Source: an uncultured Clostridium sp.
GTDB taxonomy: Bacteria; Bacillota; Clostridia; Lachnospirales; Lachnospiraceae
Reading direction: 5' to 3'
Assembly: GCA_900555045.1 (NCBI GenBank)
Contig: USJW01000003.1
Location: 5,189 to 69,188 of the forward strand
DNA: 64,000 nucleotides
Shown: positions 38,725 to 48,240 of the stretch, one piece after another
Position numbering within the stretch: the stretch's first letter is position 1
How the letters are laid out: every line of letters starts with the position of its first letter
Program-made: the position numbers and the translations under genes
Notes under the pieces: generated by a model
Seen by the model: only the letters and a program-made list of their open reading frames with translations
The model's database searches: none
Told to the model about the DNA's origin: nothing

Positions 38725-39861
38725 TCAGCTAATCGTTCCAAAATTTTCTTTATTTATGTCGAAATGTACCTGAAGCTTTACCGTGAACACTGTGCCGTTC
38801 AGATCGCTGGCCACATTGATTGTGCCGCCGTGCATGTCCACGATCTCCTTGGCGATCGCGAGGCCTAAGCCGGTGCCGCCGGTGCTGCTGGAGCGGGACC
38901 GCTCCACCCGGTAAAACTTGTTAAAGATGAGCGGAAGCTCCTCCGCCGGTATCACATACCCGTAGTTGGTCACAGAGACCGTCACCACCTCGTCGGTGGC
39001 GTAGATCTGAACCAGCACCCGCTTGCCGTCCGCCCCGTACTTGATGGCGTTTCCGATCAGGTTGTCAAACAGCCTGGCTAACAGGTTTCCGTCCGCGTTG
39101 ATCATTTTGACCGGCACGTTGCTCTGCAGGTCGTAGGAGAGGTTTTTCTCCGCGAAATTGGGGTACGCCTCCTCCAGGAGCTGTCCCAGCAGCTTGACGA
39201 TGTCTAGCTGCGACACGTGCATCGCCATCTTGCCGTAGTTGAGCTTGGTGAACCCGAACAGGTCCTCGATCAGCTTCTCCAGGCGTTTGGACTTGCCGTA
39301 GGCGATCTCTATGTATTTGTGCTGCATCTCCTGGGGAATCTTCGTGTTTCCCGCTAGCAGCTCCAGATATCCGATGATGGAGGTCAACGGCGTCCGAAGA
39401 TCGTGGGCCACGTTGGTGATCAGCTCGTTTTTGGTCCGCTCGCTCTCCCGCTCCTTCTCCATCAGCTGGCGCAGGTCCTCGGCCATCTTGTTTAGGTTTG
39501 CCGCCATGCTGGAGAATTCGTCGTCCCCGATCACATCCACACTGGTGTTTAGATCCCCCTCGGAGATGTTCTGAATCGCGTCCGAGATGTGGCTGATGTA
39601 GCGGATGGACGGCCCCTGCAGCAGCAAAAACGTCACGGAGAACAGCACAATCCCGCTGAGCACATAGGCCAGCACCACCACCGCATTGGTGGACATTAAC
39701 AGCTCCATCAGCCGGTTGAGCTTCCCCGCCTCCTCCATGTACCGGGCGATCATGGTCACATTGGCCACCAGAAAGATCTCCACCAGGCAGGTGATAATAG
39801 CGCTGTAGATAATATTGGTCACCACGCGCGTGTGGTAACGCCTGCTCATATCACTTTTCAA
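38725..39861 (-). CDS. HAMP sensor histidine kinase (intramembrane-sensing type)
   Basis: Two TMs with a short loop, HAMP, AHDLRTPLT, NAIKY and GGTGLGLAI. Confidence 0.93.
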   Translation of the reverse strand: MKSDMSRRYHTRVVTNIIYSAIITCLVEIFLVANVTMIARYMEEAGKLNRLMELLMSTNAVVVLAYVLSGIVLFSVTFLLLQGPSIRYISHISDAIQNISEGDLNTSVDVIGDDEFSSMAANLNKMAEDLRQLMEKERESERTKNELITNVAHDLRTPLTSIIGYLELLAGNTKIPQEMQHKYIEIAYGKSKRLEKLIEDLFGFTKLNYGKMAMHVSQLDIVKLLGQLLEEAYPNFAEKNLSYDLQSNVPVKMINADGNLLARLFDNLIGNAIKYGADGKRVLVQIYATDEVVTVSVTNYGYVIPAEELPLIFNKFYRVERSRSSSTGGTGLGLAIAKEIVDMHGGTINVASDLNGTVFTVKLQVHFDINKENFGTIS

Positions 39862-40555
39862 TTTTGTATCCCACTCCCCATACTGTGGTGATAATCTTGC
39901 TCTGCCTGGTGTCTTCCTTCATCTTGCCTCTGAGCCTTCTGATATGTACCATCACCGTGTTGTTCGCCTCATAAACCTTCTCATTCCAGACCTTCTCGAA
40001 GATCTCGTCCGTGCTGAAGACGCGGCCCGGGTTGGAGGCCAAAAGGTAGAGGATGTCGAACTCGATGGGCGTGAGCTTGATCTCCTCGCCGTCCACAACC
40101 ACCTTGTGGTTATCCTTGTTGATGATCATTCCCTTGATGGTGATCTCGTTGTTCGCCTGCTCGCGGGAATTGCTGTTGGGGTTTAACTGGGTGTAGCGCC
40201 GCAGCTGGGATTTCACGCGGGCGGTCAGCTCCAGGGGGTTAAAGGGCTTCACCACGTAGTCGTCGGCGCCGGTGCCCAGTCCCAGGATTTTATCCAGGTC
40301 CGTGGATTTAGCGCTGAGCATGATGATCGGGATGTTGTTGGTCTCGCGGATCTTCTTGCACATCTCCAGGCCGTTCATTCCGGGCATCATGATGTCCAGC
40401 AACACCAGGTGGATCTCCTCCTTCTCCAGGATCTCAAGTCCCTTGGCCGCATTCTCCGCCTTAAATACTTTATAGCCATCGCTCACCAGATAAATTTCAA
40501 TCAGCTCCGCGATCTCTTTCTCATCGTCCACTACCAGGATATTAATATCGGGCAT
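39851..40555 (-). CDS. OmpR/VanR-type response regulator
   Basis: ILVVDD, LDIMMP, KPF, VHIRRLR and TVWGVGY; RBS gaggaggg. Confidence 0.94.
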   Translation of the reverse strand: MPDINILVVDDEKEIAELIEIYLVSDGYKVFKAENAAKGLEILEKEEIHLVLLDIMMPGMNGLEMCKKIRETNNIPIIMLSAKSTDLDKILGLGTGADDYVVKPFNPLELTARVKSQLRRYTQLNPNSNSREQANNEITIKGMIINKDNHKVVVDGEEIKLTPIEFDILYLLASNPGRVFSTDEIFEKVWNEKVYEANNTVMVHIRRLRGKMKEDTRQSKIITTVWGVGYKIEK

Positions 40556-40698
40556 AACGCTCCCTCCTCTTATGTTAAATGTTATATTCACATTCATTAA
40601 CATTCTATCACAAGATGCTGGAGTTTTCCTTACTTTTTTCATGAGAAATAGTGGGAAAATATGTTACGGATGGGTTTTTAGGTCCTTTTTGCAGACGC

Positions 40699-40730
40699 AA
40701 AAGCAGGCAGGCCCCTTAAGGGTCTGCCTG
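40699..40730 (-). terminator. Terminator after ppk1
   Basis: Minus strand caggcagaccc / ggcctgcctg followed by ctttt. Confidence 0.65.
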
Positions 40731-40756
40731 ACCATGTTAAAAATCAATCTCAATTG

Positions 40757-43138
40757 CTAATTGCTGCTCTCAATCGGTTTAAAAATCCGTGTCACCGCCG
40801 GGTCGAACATGGCCCGGGCCGCGTTCGCCTCCGCCACGGCCTCCTCGCAGAACTGCCGCTGGGAGTTGACGAGCACCTTGCCGCGCTTGTCCACCTTCTC
40901 GTAGGTGCCGTCGGGCATCAGAACATGGGCCTTCACGTTGTCCGCCAGCTCCACCTCCAGGATGTGGATCACCCTGGCCTTTAAGGCCTCGTCCTCCACG
41001 GGGAACATGATCTCCACGCGGCGGTCTAAGTTTCTCGGCATCCAGTCGGCGCTGCCCATGTAGAGCTCCGGGCTGCCGTCGTTGTAGAAGTAGAAGATCC
41101 GGCTGTGCTCCAGGAAATTTCCCACGATGGAGCGCACCGAGATGTTTTCGCTGAGCCCCGGCACTCCGGCCCGCAGGCAGCAGATTCCGCGGATCACCAG
41201 GTCCACCTTCACTCCCGCATACGATGCCTCGTAGAGGGCCGTGATGATCTCCTTGTCGCACAGGGAGTTCATCTTGGCCATGATGTGGGCCTCCCGGCCC
41301 GCGGCCGCGTTCTCCGTCTCCCGGCGGATCATCCGAAGGAAGCGTCCCCGCAGCCACAGAGGCGCCACACAGAGCCGGTTCCAGGCCAACGGCTCAGAGT
41401 AGCCGGACAGCATGTTGAACACCGCCGTGGCGTCCTCGCCGATCTGGGGATTGCAGGTCAGGATGCCGCAGTCCGTGTAGAGCTTGGCGGTGGAATCGTT
41501 GTAGTTTCCGGTGCCCAGGTGGACGTAGCGGCGGATGCCGTCCTCCTCCATGCGCACCACCAGCGTGATCTTGCTGTGAGTCTTTAGGCCCACCAGGCCG
41601 TAGATCACGTGGCAGCCCGCCTTCTCCAGCTTCTTCGCCCAGTTGATGTTATTCTCCTCGTCAAAGCGGGCCTTTAGCTCCACGAGCACCGACACCTGCT
41701 TGCCGTTGTCCGCCGCCTCGGCCAGGGCCGCCACGATGGGGGAGTTGCCGCTGACCCGGTACAGGGTCTGCTTGATGGCCAGCACCTCCGGATCCCTGGC
41801 CGCGCTGCGCACGAAGCGCACCACCGGGTCAAAGCTCTGGTAGGGGTGATGCAGCAGAATATCGCCCTTGCGGATGTTGGAGAAAATGTCGTCCTCGTTC
41901 ATCAGCGCAGGGACCGGCTGCGGCGTGTAGCCCGGCGTCTTTAAGTGATCGAACCCGGGCAGGCCGTACATTTTCATCAAGAACGTCAGGTCTAAGGGAC
42001 CGTTGATCTCAAAAATATCCTGGCTGTTTATGGAGAGCTCCCGCTTTAGAATCTTTAACAGCCGCTTGTCCACGTTGGCCTCGATCTCCAGCCGGATGGC
42101 CTCGCCCCACTGGCGCTTTTTCAGCTGCTTCTGGATCTCCTCCAGCAGGTCCACCGCCTCCTCCTCGTCGATGGTCAGATCGGCGTTTCGCATGATGCGG
42201 AAGGGGTGGGAGGCGATAATGTCGTAGTTTAAGAACAGGGCCGGCATGTTGCGCTCGATGACCTCCTCAAGGAGAATCACAACGCGCTGGATATTTCCCT
42301 CCTCGTCGGTCTCCTGGGGCAGCTCCACGATCCGCGGGATCACGGACGGCACCTGCACCATGGCAAAGTCCAGCTCCTCCTCCTCGCCGCTCTTCTTCTG
42401 CAGCAGCGCGGCGATGTTTAGCGTCTTGTTGCGGATCAGCGGGAACGGGCGGGACGAGTCGAAGGCCATAGGCGTGAGAACCGGGTACACGTTCTGGTTA
42501 AAGTACCGGTCCACGTAGGCGGCCTCCGCCTCCGTCAGCTCCTCGTGCTCCGTGATGACCCGCAGCCCGTTCTGGCGCAGGGTGGGAAGCAGGGAGCGGT
42601 TGTAGGTGGAGTACTGAAGGTCCACCAGCTGATGGGTGCGGACCGCGATGGCGTCCAGCTGTTGGGTCGGCGTCATGCCCGCGATGTCCGGCTTCACATA
42701 TTTGGCGTGAACCATATCCTTTAAGGAGGCCACGCGCACCATATAGAACTCGTCCAAGTTGGAGGCCGTGATGCTTAAGAATTTTAGGCGCTCAAATAAT
42801 GGCAGGGACTTGTCCCTGGCCTCGCTGAGCACCCGGTAGTTGAACTCCAGCCAGCTGAGCTCACGGTTGACATAATTCTCAGGGACAGCATCAAAATCCG
42901 GAAACTGGCGCTCGCCGAGAGTGCCCGACAGCTTCGTAGGCGGCTTTTTCGCCAAAGCGGCTTTCGCCGGGGACTTTTTCTCTGCGACAGCCTTGGCCGG
43001 GTTCTTCTTCTCCACGGCGTCCTTCGCCGGACTCTTCTTCTCCGGGACGTCCTTCGCCGGACTCTTCTCCTCCCCCGGCTTTCCCGCTGTCTTTATCTTG
43101 GAAGCCTTGGTACTCTTTGACTTTTCCGCGTCTGCCAT
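40757..43138 (-). CDS. ppk1: Polyphosphate kinase 1 with Lys/Ala/Pro-rich N-terminal extension
   Basis: NRELSWLEFN, NLDEFYMVRV, LHHPY, ARFDEENN, KTHSK, HLGTGNYN and SADWMPRN. Confidence 0.96.
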   Translation of the reverse strand: MADAEKSKSTKASKIKTAGKPGEEKSPAKDVPEKKSPAKDAVEKKNPAKAVAEKKSPAKAALAKKPPTKLSGTLGERQFPDFDAVPENYVNRELSWLEFNYRVLSEARDKSLPLFERLKFLSITASNLDEFYMVRVASLKDMVHAKYVKPDIAGMTPTQQLDAIAVRTHQLVDLQYSTYNRSLLPTLRQNGLRVITEHEELTEAEAAYVDRYFNQNVYPVLTPMAFDSSRPFPLIRNKTLNIAALLQKKSGEEEELDFAMVQVPSVIPRIVELPQETDEEGNIQRVVILLEEVIERNMPALFLNYDIIASHPFRIMRNADLTIDEEEAVDLLEEIQKQLKKRQWGEAIRLEIEANVDKRLLKILKRELSINSQDIFEINGPLDLTFLMKMYGLPGFDHLKTPGYTPQPVPALMNEDDIFSNIRKGDILLHHPYQSFDPVVRFVRSAARDPEVLAIKQTLYRVSGNSPIVAALAEAADNGKQVSVLVELKARFDEENNINWAKKLEKAGCHVIYGLVGLKTHSKITLVVRMEEDGIRRYVHLGTGNYNDSTAKLYTDCGILTCNPQIGEDATAVFNMLSGYSEPLAWNRLCVAPLWLRGRFLRMIRRETENAAAGREAHIMAKMNSLCDKEIITALYEASYAGVKVDLVIRGICCLRAGVPGLSENISVRSIVGNFLEHSRIFYFYNDGSPELYMGSADWMPRNLDRRVEIMFPVEDEALKARVIHILEVELADNVKAHVLMPDGTYEKVDKRGKVLVNSQRQFCEEAVAEANAARAMFDPAVTRIFKPIESSN
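42931..43070 (-). repeat. 30-bp tandem repeat (EKKSPAKxxx) in the ppk1 5' end
   Basis: ccttcgccggactcttcttctcc-type units at 42961, 42991, 43021 and 43051, with a degenerate copy at 42931. Confidence 0.85.
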
Positions 43139-43141
43139 GGC

Positions 43142-44704
43142 TTAAACCCTCCTCTTCTGCTTTAACACAGGCCGTATACCGAATATCTCCTCGAAGAAAT
43201 CCGCCTTCCGATCGAAGGACAGGGCCTCCAGGGCGATGTCGCCCTCATAGCCCGTGGTGATCACCAGCTGTCCGTCCCGAACGGTCATGCGGCAGTCGGC
43301 CAGCTTTCCCCGGTGGCTGCGGTCCATGGCGTTGGCCAGGCGCAAAATCGCCGTCAGCTTGGCGATCAGGATGGTCATCCCGCGCTCGTCCAGTTCCATG
43401 ATCCCCTCCTGGTAGGTCCCCTCCAGGCGCACCTTGCCGTACTCAAAGTCCCTTATGTTGTAGCGGACCACGTTGGCGATGATCTCCCGCTCCAGGTGGC
43501 TTAACCCGATAATCTCCGTGGACATGATAATATTGTAGGAGCACTCGTTGGAGTTGCGCATACTGATGAACTTCCCGCAGGAGTGCAGGATCACCGCGAT
43601 CTGCAAAAGCAGGCGCTCCCGCCCGCCCAGCCCGTGGTACTTGCGCATACTGTCAAAAATTCCCAGCGCATACTCCTCCAACACCTGGCTGTGGCTGGCA
43701 TGGCACTTGTAGCGCTTGGCCATGTTGCGCGAGGCGGCCAGTATGTCGTTCTCAAAGTTGTGGCTGAAGCGGACCAGCCGGTTGTCGTCCGCGTACTCGG
43801 CGGCGATTCCATCGCAGAGCCGGATTCCCGGAATCCAGAACATCTTCGCCCCGGTGATCTCGAGAATCCGCTTGTATACCACCACCGCGGGCATGAGCAG
43901 GGAGGCATACTCCGCGTTCACGCCGAACTTCTCCTCGATCTGATCCATAGTCAGCTTGTTAAACCGCTCATAAAACAGATTTAAAAGCGTCGCATCCACC
44001 TTGTCGCCCATGGGCTTTGTCTCCATCTGGCGCACCATATAGAGGATGTTCTCGCCGATGCCGATCAGGTTGGTGATCTCCCGGTCCTTCAGGTACATCT
44101 TGCGGAAGGTGAACAGCTCATTGTCCACCAGCTCCTCGATCTGCTCCCTGTGAGCCTTGGCGTTGGCCGGAATTCTGGCCAAGAGCTCCCGGATGCGCAG
44201 GGTGCCGAGGGACAGATTCTGGGTGGTCACCAGGGCGTCCTTGTCAAACAGGGAGATCTGGGCGCTGCCGAAGCCCACATCCACGATGGCCGTGCCCTCC
44301 TGGATAATCCGGTTGAACTCCACCGCCTTGGACGCGATGGCCTTGTAGCTGATAAAGCGCTGCTCCGAGTTGCTGATGATCCGCACCTTAAGGCCGGTGC
44401 GCACGCGGATCTGGTCCAGAATAATCTGGTTGTTTTTCGCCTCCCGCATGGCGCTGGTGGCGTACGCCCGGTAGCCCTTCACCTTGTAGGCCCTCATGGT
44501 CTGCGCAAAGTCCCCCAAGACCTGGCACATCTCGTCCACCAGGTCGTAGCTGATCTTGCCCTCGCTGTAGGTCTTTTTTCCTAAGGCGATCACATGGCGG
44601 ATGTGGTCCACCCGCCGGACGCCGGTCTTTTTGGATATCTCGTAGATGCCCAGCTCCAGCTCAAAGGATCCCACATCAATCGCCGCAAATAATTCTACTG
44701 CCAC
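43142..44704 (-). CDS. ppx: Ppx/GppA-family protein with HD-like C-terminal domain
   Basis: AAIDVGS, ATSAMREA.N, DVG.GS, LGTLR, H...V...AL.IFD and LRLANAMD.SH. GTG start with RBS ggagga. Confidence 0.85.
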   Translation of the reverse strand: MAVELFAAIDVGSFELELGIYEISKKTGVRRVDHIRHVIALGKKTYSEGKISYDLVDEMCQVLGDFAQTMRAYKVKGYRAYATSAMREAKNNQIILDQIRVRTGLKVRIISNSEQRFISYKAIASKAVEFNRIIQEGTAIVDVGFGSAQISLFDKDALVTTQNLSLGTLRIRELLARIPANAKAHREQIEELVDNELFTFRKMYLKDREITNLIGIGENILYMVRQMETKPMGDKVDATLLNLFYERFNKLTMDQIEEKFGVNAEYASLLMPAVVVYKRILEITGAKMFWIPGIRLCDGIAAEYADDNRLVRFSHNFENDILAASRNMAKRYKCHASHSQVLEEYALGIFDSMRKYHGLGGRERLLLQIAVILHSCGKFISMRNSNECSYNIIMSTEIIGLSHLEREIIANVVRYNIRDFEYGKVRLEGTYQEGIMELDERGMTILIAKLTAILRLANAMDRSHRGKLADCRMTVRDGQLVITTGYEGDIALEALSFDRKADFFEEIFGIRPVLKQKRRV

Positions 44705-44771
44705 TTTTATTCCTCCCCCTCCCGGCAAAATTCCGGCCGGGGCCTCTTATGTCCATCTCTGTATTTCGGAT

Positions 44772-46058
44772 CTACTCCACCAGCGTGCCTAACAGGTGGG
44801 TGATAAACTGGGACGCGGTGCGCCCGGACAGGCCGCCATGGCTCAGTTCCCACTTGTTGGCCTCCGCGTACAGCTGCTCCTCCGGCATGTTCACATGGTA
44901 GCGCTCCGCCAGAACCTTGACGATCCGCTGGAACTCGAACTTGTCCGGGGAACCGAAGTAGATGGTCACGCCGAAGCGGGCGGCCAGGGACAGCTTCTCC
45001 TGGACGGTGTCGTTGCCGTGCAGCTCGTCGTCCAGCTCGCGCTTGTCGCTGAACTTCTCCCGGATCAGATGGCGGCGGTTGGACGTGGCGTAGATCAGCA
45101 CGTTGCGGGGACGTTTCCCCAGGCCGCCCTCCAGGATTGCCTTCAAATATTTGTACTCCAGCTCATAGTCCTCAAAGGACAGGTCGTCCATGTAGATGAT
45201 GAACTTGTAGTTCCGGTCCTTGATCTGCTCCAGCACGTCGGAGAGCGCCTTGAACTGGTGCTTGTATACTTCAATGATGCGCAGCCCCCGGCTATAATAT
45301 TCGTTGAGGATGGCCTTGACGCTGGAGGATTTGCCGGTGCCCGCGTCGCCGAACAGCAGCACGTTGTTGGCCTCCCGGCCGTTCACAAAGGCTTCCGTGT
45401 TCTCCACCAGCTTTTTCTTCTGCAGCTCATACCCCACAATGTCGTTTAGATACACGTGCTCCACGTTGATGATGGGGTCGATGACCACCTTCTGGCCCTC
45501 GTCATGCTCCACGATTCGAAACGCCTTATTGAGGCCGAATTTGCCCACGCCGAACTCCCGGTAGAAGTCCACCACCAGGCGCTGGAAGGCCTCGACGCTC
45601 TCCGCCTGCTCCAGCTGCACGGCCAGGTTCACAATCCGGTCGCGGATGCGCCGGTTGAACACCTTGCTGTCCGCCTGAGCCGGACGGTACTCCGCCAGCA
45701 TCTCCCACACAGGGCCGCTTAAGACCCGGATGTCCAGGTCAAACAGCTCCTTGAAAATGGAAAAGTCAGCCGCCGCCAAAAGGTCCAGGGATCCGCCCGC
45801 AGCCCCCCGGATCTCACAGGAGGTGCTGTAGGCGTTCTCATTGTTTGCCAGACAGAATGCCAAAAAGCAGTGCCACAGATTTCCCTCAAAGCCGTACTTC
45901 ACAGCCAGCTCGATCAGCTGTCCGGCAAGCCCCGCCGCCTTGTGCGCATGGTCCTCACCGAGCGCAGGCTCCTTAAGCAGCTTCGCCATGTCCTCAAACA
46001 GCTGCTGGTACTCCAGGTTTCTATAAATTACCAAATGCCTTGTGTCCATTGAAATCAT
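44772..46058 (-). CDS. DUF815-family AAA+ ATP-binding protein
   Basis: ANNVLLFGDAGTGKSS, DDLSFE, LEGG, YATSNRRHL, EK.SL..RFG and SGRTA.QF. Confidence 0.9.
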   Translation of the reverse strand: MISMDTRHLVIYRNLEYQQLFEDMAKLLKEPALGEDHAHKAAGLAGQLIELAVKYGFEGNLWHCFLAFCLANNENAYSTSCEIRGAAGGSLDLLAAADFSIFKELFDLDIRVLSGPVWEMLAEYRPAQADSKVFNRRIRDRIVNLAVQLEQAESVEAFQRLVVDFYREFGVGKFGLNKAFRIVEHDEGQKVVIDPIINVEHVYLNDIVGYELQKKKLVENTEAFVNGREANNVLLFGDAGTGKSSSVKAILNEYYSRGLRIIEVYKHQFKALSDVLEQIKDRNYKFIIYMDDLSFEDYELEYKYLKAILEGGLGKRPRNVLIYATSNRRHLIREKFSDKRELDDELHGNDTVQEKLSLAARFGVTIYFGSPDKFEFQRIVKVLAERYHVNMPEEQLYAEANKWELSHGGLSGRTASQFITHLLGTLVE

Positions 46059-46067
46059 CCCCTATCT

Positions 46068-47204
46068 CTAATAATTGCCCAGAATCCGCATGCTGACGGC
46101 CTCCTGGGAGATCCCCAACAGCGCGTTCTGAACGGCCGCGTCGCTCAAGGAGCCCTCCACGTCCACGAAGAACCGGTACTCCCAGCTGCGCCCCTCGATG
46201 GGCCGCGACTCGATCATCAGCATGTTGATGTTGTTGAAGATAAAGTTGCCCAGCATGTTGTACAGGGAGCCGCTCTGGTGAAGGCCCTCGAAGCAGATGC
46301 TGACCTTCGACGCATCCCGCCGGTACACGGCCTCCCTGGAGAGGATGATAAACCGGGTGGTGTTGTTCTTGTTGTGGTTGATCCCCGGGGCCAGCACGTT
46401 GAGGCCGTAGAGCTTTCCCGCAATCTCGCTGGCCACCGCCGCCTGGCGGCAGTCCCCGTCCTGGGTGATCTTGCGCGCCGCGGCCGCCGTGTTCTCAAGG
46501 CTGATCTGCCGCCACTCCCGGTGCGCGTTTAAGTATTTGGAGCACTGCATCAGCGCCTGTGGGTGGGAGTAAACGCACTCCACGTCCTCCAGCTTCGCAC
46601 CCGGCAGACCGAGCAGAGCGTGCTGCACCGCCAGCTGCGTCTCCGCCACAATGTAGTTATTGTGCTTCACCAGCAGGTCATAGTTGTCGCTGACCGCACC
46701 GGCGGAGGAATTCTCGATGGGCAACACCGCGTAATCCGCGCGGCCCTCCTCCACCTCCACCATGGCGTCCTCCATGCCCGGAACATGGTACAGGGAGGCC
46801 TCGTCCCCGAAGAACTGCAGGGCCGCCCCGTGGCCGTAGGAGCCCTCCACGCCCTGGTAGACTACCCGCGCTCCGGCCGTTTGGATGGAATCGATCTCCT
46901 TAAATCCCAGGTCCATCCCCTTGCCGTGGAGTGCCATCAGCTGGTACTGCCGCTTGCGGCTCACCGTCATCAGCTGGGAGAACAGCTCCCGCACCGCCTG
47001 GCTGTTAAATTCGCTGTGGGCCATGCCGCCCACGGTGTCAAGCTTCTGCCGCTCCCGCTCTCCGTCGTAAACGGCCTTGCCCACCTCCATCTTGTACTCC
47101 GCCACGTCCGCGCAGATGCCCATGCGCTCCTCGAACAGGCGCACCAGCTGCGCGTCAATCACGTCCAGCTGGCCTCTCAACTCCAGTAAATCCAAATTTT
47201 TCAT
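46068..47204 (-). CDS. pheA: Bifunctional chorismate mutase / prephenate dehydratase
   Basis: N-terminal CM domain; YQG..GSY, PIENS, SHPQAL.QC, N.TRF, IESRP and LGNY. Confidence 0.93.
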   Translation of the reverse strand: MKNLDLLELRGQLDVIDAQLVRLFEERMGICADVAEYKMEVGKAVYDGERERQKLDTVGGMAHSEFNSQAVRELFSQLMTVSRKRQYQLMALHGKGMDLGFKEIDSIQTAGARVVYQGVEGSYGHGAALQFFGDEASLYHVPGMEDAMVEVEEGRADYAVLPIENSSAGAVSDNYDLLVKHNNYIVAETQLAVQHALLGLPGAKLEDVECVYSHPQALMQCSKYLNAHREWRQISLENTAAAARKITQDGDCRQAAVASEIAGKLYGLNVLAPGINHNKNNTTRFIILSREAVYRRDASKVSICFEGLHQSGSLYNMLGNFIFNNINMLMIESRPIEGRSWEYRFFVDVEGSLSDAAVQNALLGISQEAVSMRILGNY

Positions 47205-47232
47205 AATCCTCTTATCTCCATCCGTTTTTCGT

Positions 47233-47967
47233 CTATTCTGTCCGCATGTCATTTAACATGCCGATAATCACATCCCGCGTGTACGCGCCGGAAAACTTCC
47301 GCTTCGCCGGCTCCAGCTCCTTTAAGTAGATGGGCTCGCCGTAGCGGATCACCACATGGCTGGGCTTTATGAAGGGCAGATGCCGCTCAAAGACCTCCGC
47401 CGTTCCGGTGATGGCCACCGGAATCACCGAGCAGCCGCTCTTCTCCGCGATCTTTAAGCTTCCCTCGTGGAAGGGGAGCAGATCGGTCAAATCTCCGGCG
47501 TTTCGGGTCCCCTCCGGGAAAATCCAGATGGAGATCCCGGACTTCACCTTCTCGATGCCCTCCAGGATGGTCTTTAACCCCTCTTTGATGTTGACCCGGT
47601 CCAGGAACAAACAGTTTACATAAGTCATCCAGGTGCTCAAGAGCGGAATCTTCTGCATCTCCTTCTTGGCCACAAAGCCGGTCAGCCCCGGAACCGTCAC
47701 GTATCCGGTCAGAATGTCAAAGTAGCTGCGGTGGTTGCCCACGTAGAGCACGGCCCGGTCCCCCGGTATATTTTCCAGGCCCTGAACTGTGATTTTCACC
47801 CCAGCCAGCTTCAGGATGAACCGGAACACACTCTGCACAATCCGCAGGCTCCGGTTCTGCATTGCACTGCTGTCCCTCTTCCCCACAAGGGCCAGGATCC
47901 CCAGAAGGGGGATGCTGAAAATCAAGAACAGCACAACGGTCATCGCGACCAAAATAAAACGAAACAT
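47233..47967 (-). CDS. plsC: 1-acyl-sn-glycerol-3-phosphate acyltransferase
   Basis: NHRSYFD, FVAKKE, FLDR and IFPEGTR. Confidence 0.92.
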   Translation of the reverse strand: MFRFILVAMTVVLFLIFSIPLLGILALVGKRDSSAMQNRSLRIVQSVFRFILKLAGVKITVQGLENIPGDRAVLYVGNHRSYFDILTGYVTVPGLTGFVAKKEMQKIPLLSTWMTYVNCLFLDRVNIKEGLKTILEGIEKVKSGISIWIFPEGTRNAGDLTDLLPFHEGSLKIAEKSGCSVIPVAITGTAEVFERHLPFIKPSHVVIRYGEPIYLKELEPAKRKFSGAYTRDVIIGMLNDMRTE

Positions 47968-47994
47968 GGTATTCTCCTTTTATGTACATTTTCT

Positions 47995-48185
47995 CGGGAA
48001 GCCCGAACTCCGCTTCGCTGCGTTTGGGCAGCGGATAAATATCCACTCCGTGGAACGGGAAGCCCGAACTCCGCTCTGCTCCGTTTGGGCAGCGGATAAC
48101 TATCCACTCCGTGGGACGGGAAGCCCGAACTCCGCTCTGCTGCGTTTGGGCGGCGGATAACTATCCACTTCGTGGATATTTATCC
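47995..48185. repeat. 3 x 61-bp REP-like hairpin tandem array
   Basis: Units start at 47995, 48056 and 48117 (cgggaagcccgaactccgct..gctgcgtttgggcagcggataa.tatccact.cgtgg). The array ends in the hairpin ggataactatccac-ttc-gtggatatttatcc. Confidence 0.92.
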
Positions 48186-48188
48186 TTT

Positions 48189-48217
48189 ATTATATTAAAA
48201 TAGCAGATCAAATACAA
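48189..48217 (-). promoter_or_regulatory. sigmaA promoter for plsC, upstream of the repeat array
   Basis: TTGTAT-N17-TATAAT. Confidence 0.7.
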
Positions 48218-48240
48218 TACCCAGAAACCAGGTTTTCGTA

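Noticed and set aside
47995..48185. Possible CRISPR array
   Set aside because: Units repeat end to end with no unique spacers, and there are no cas genes in the window.
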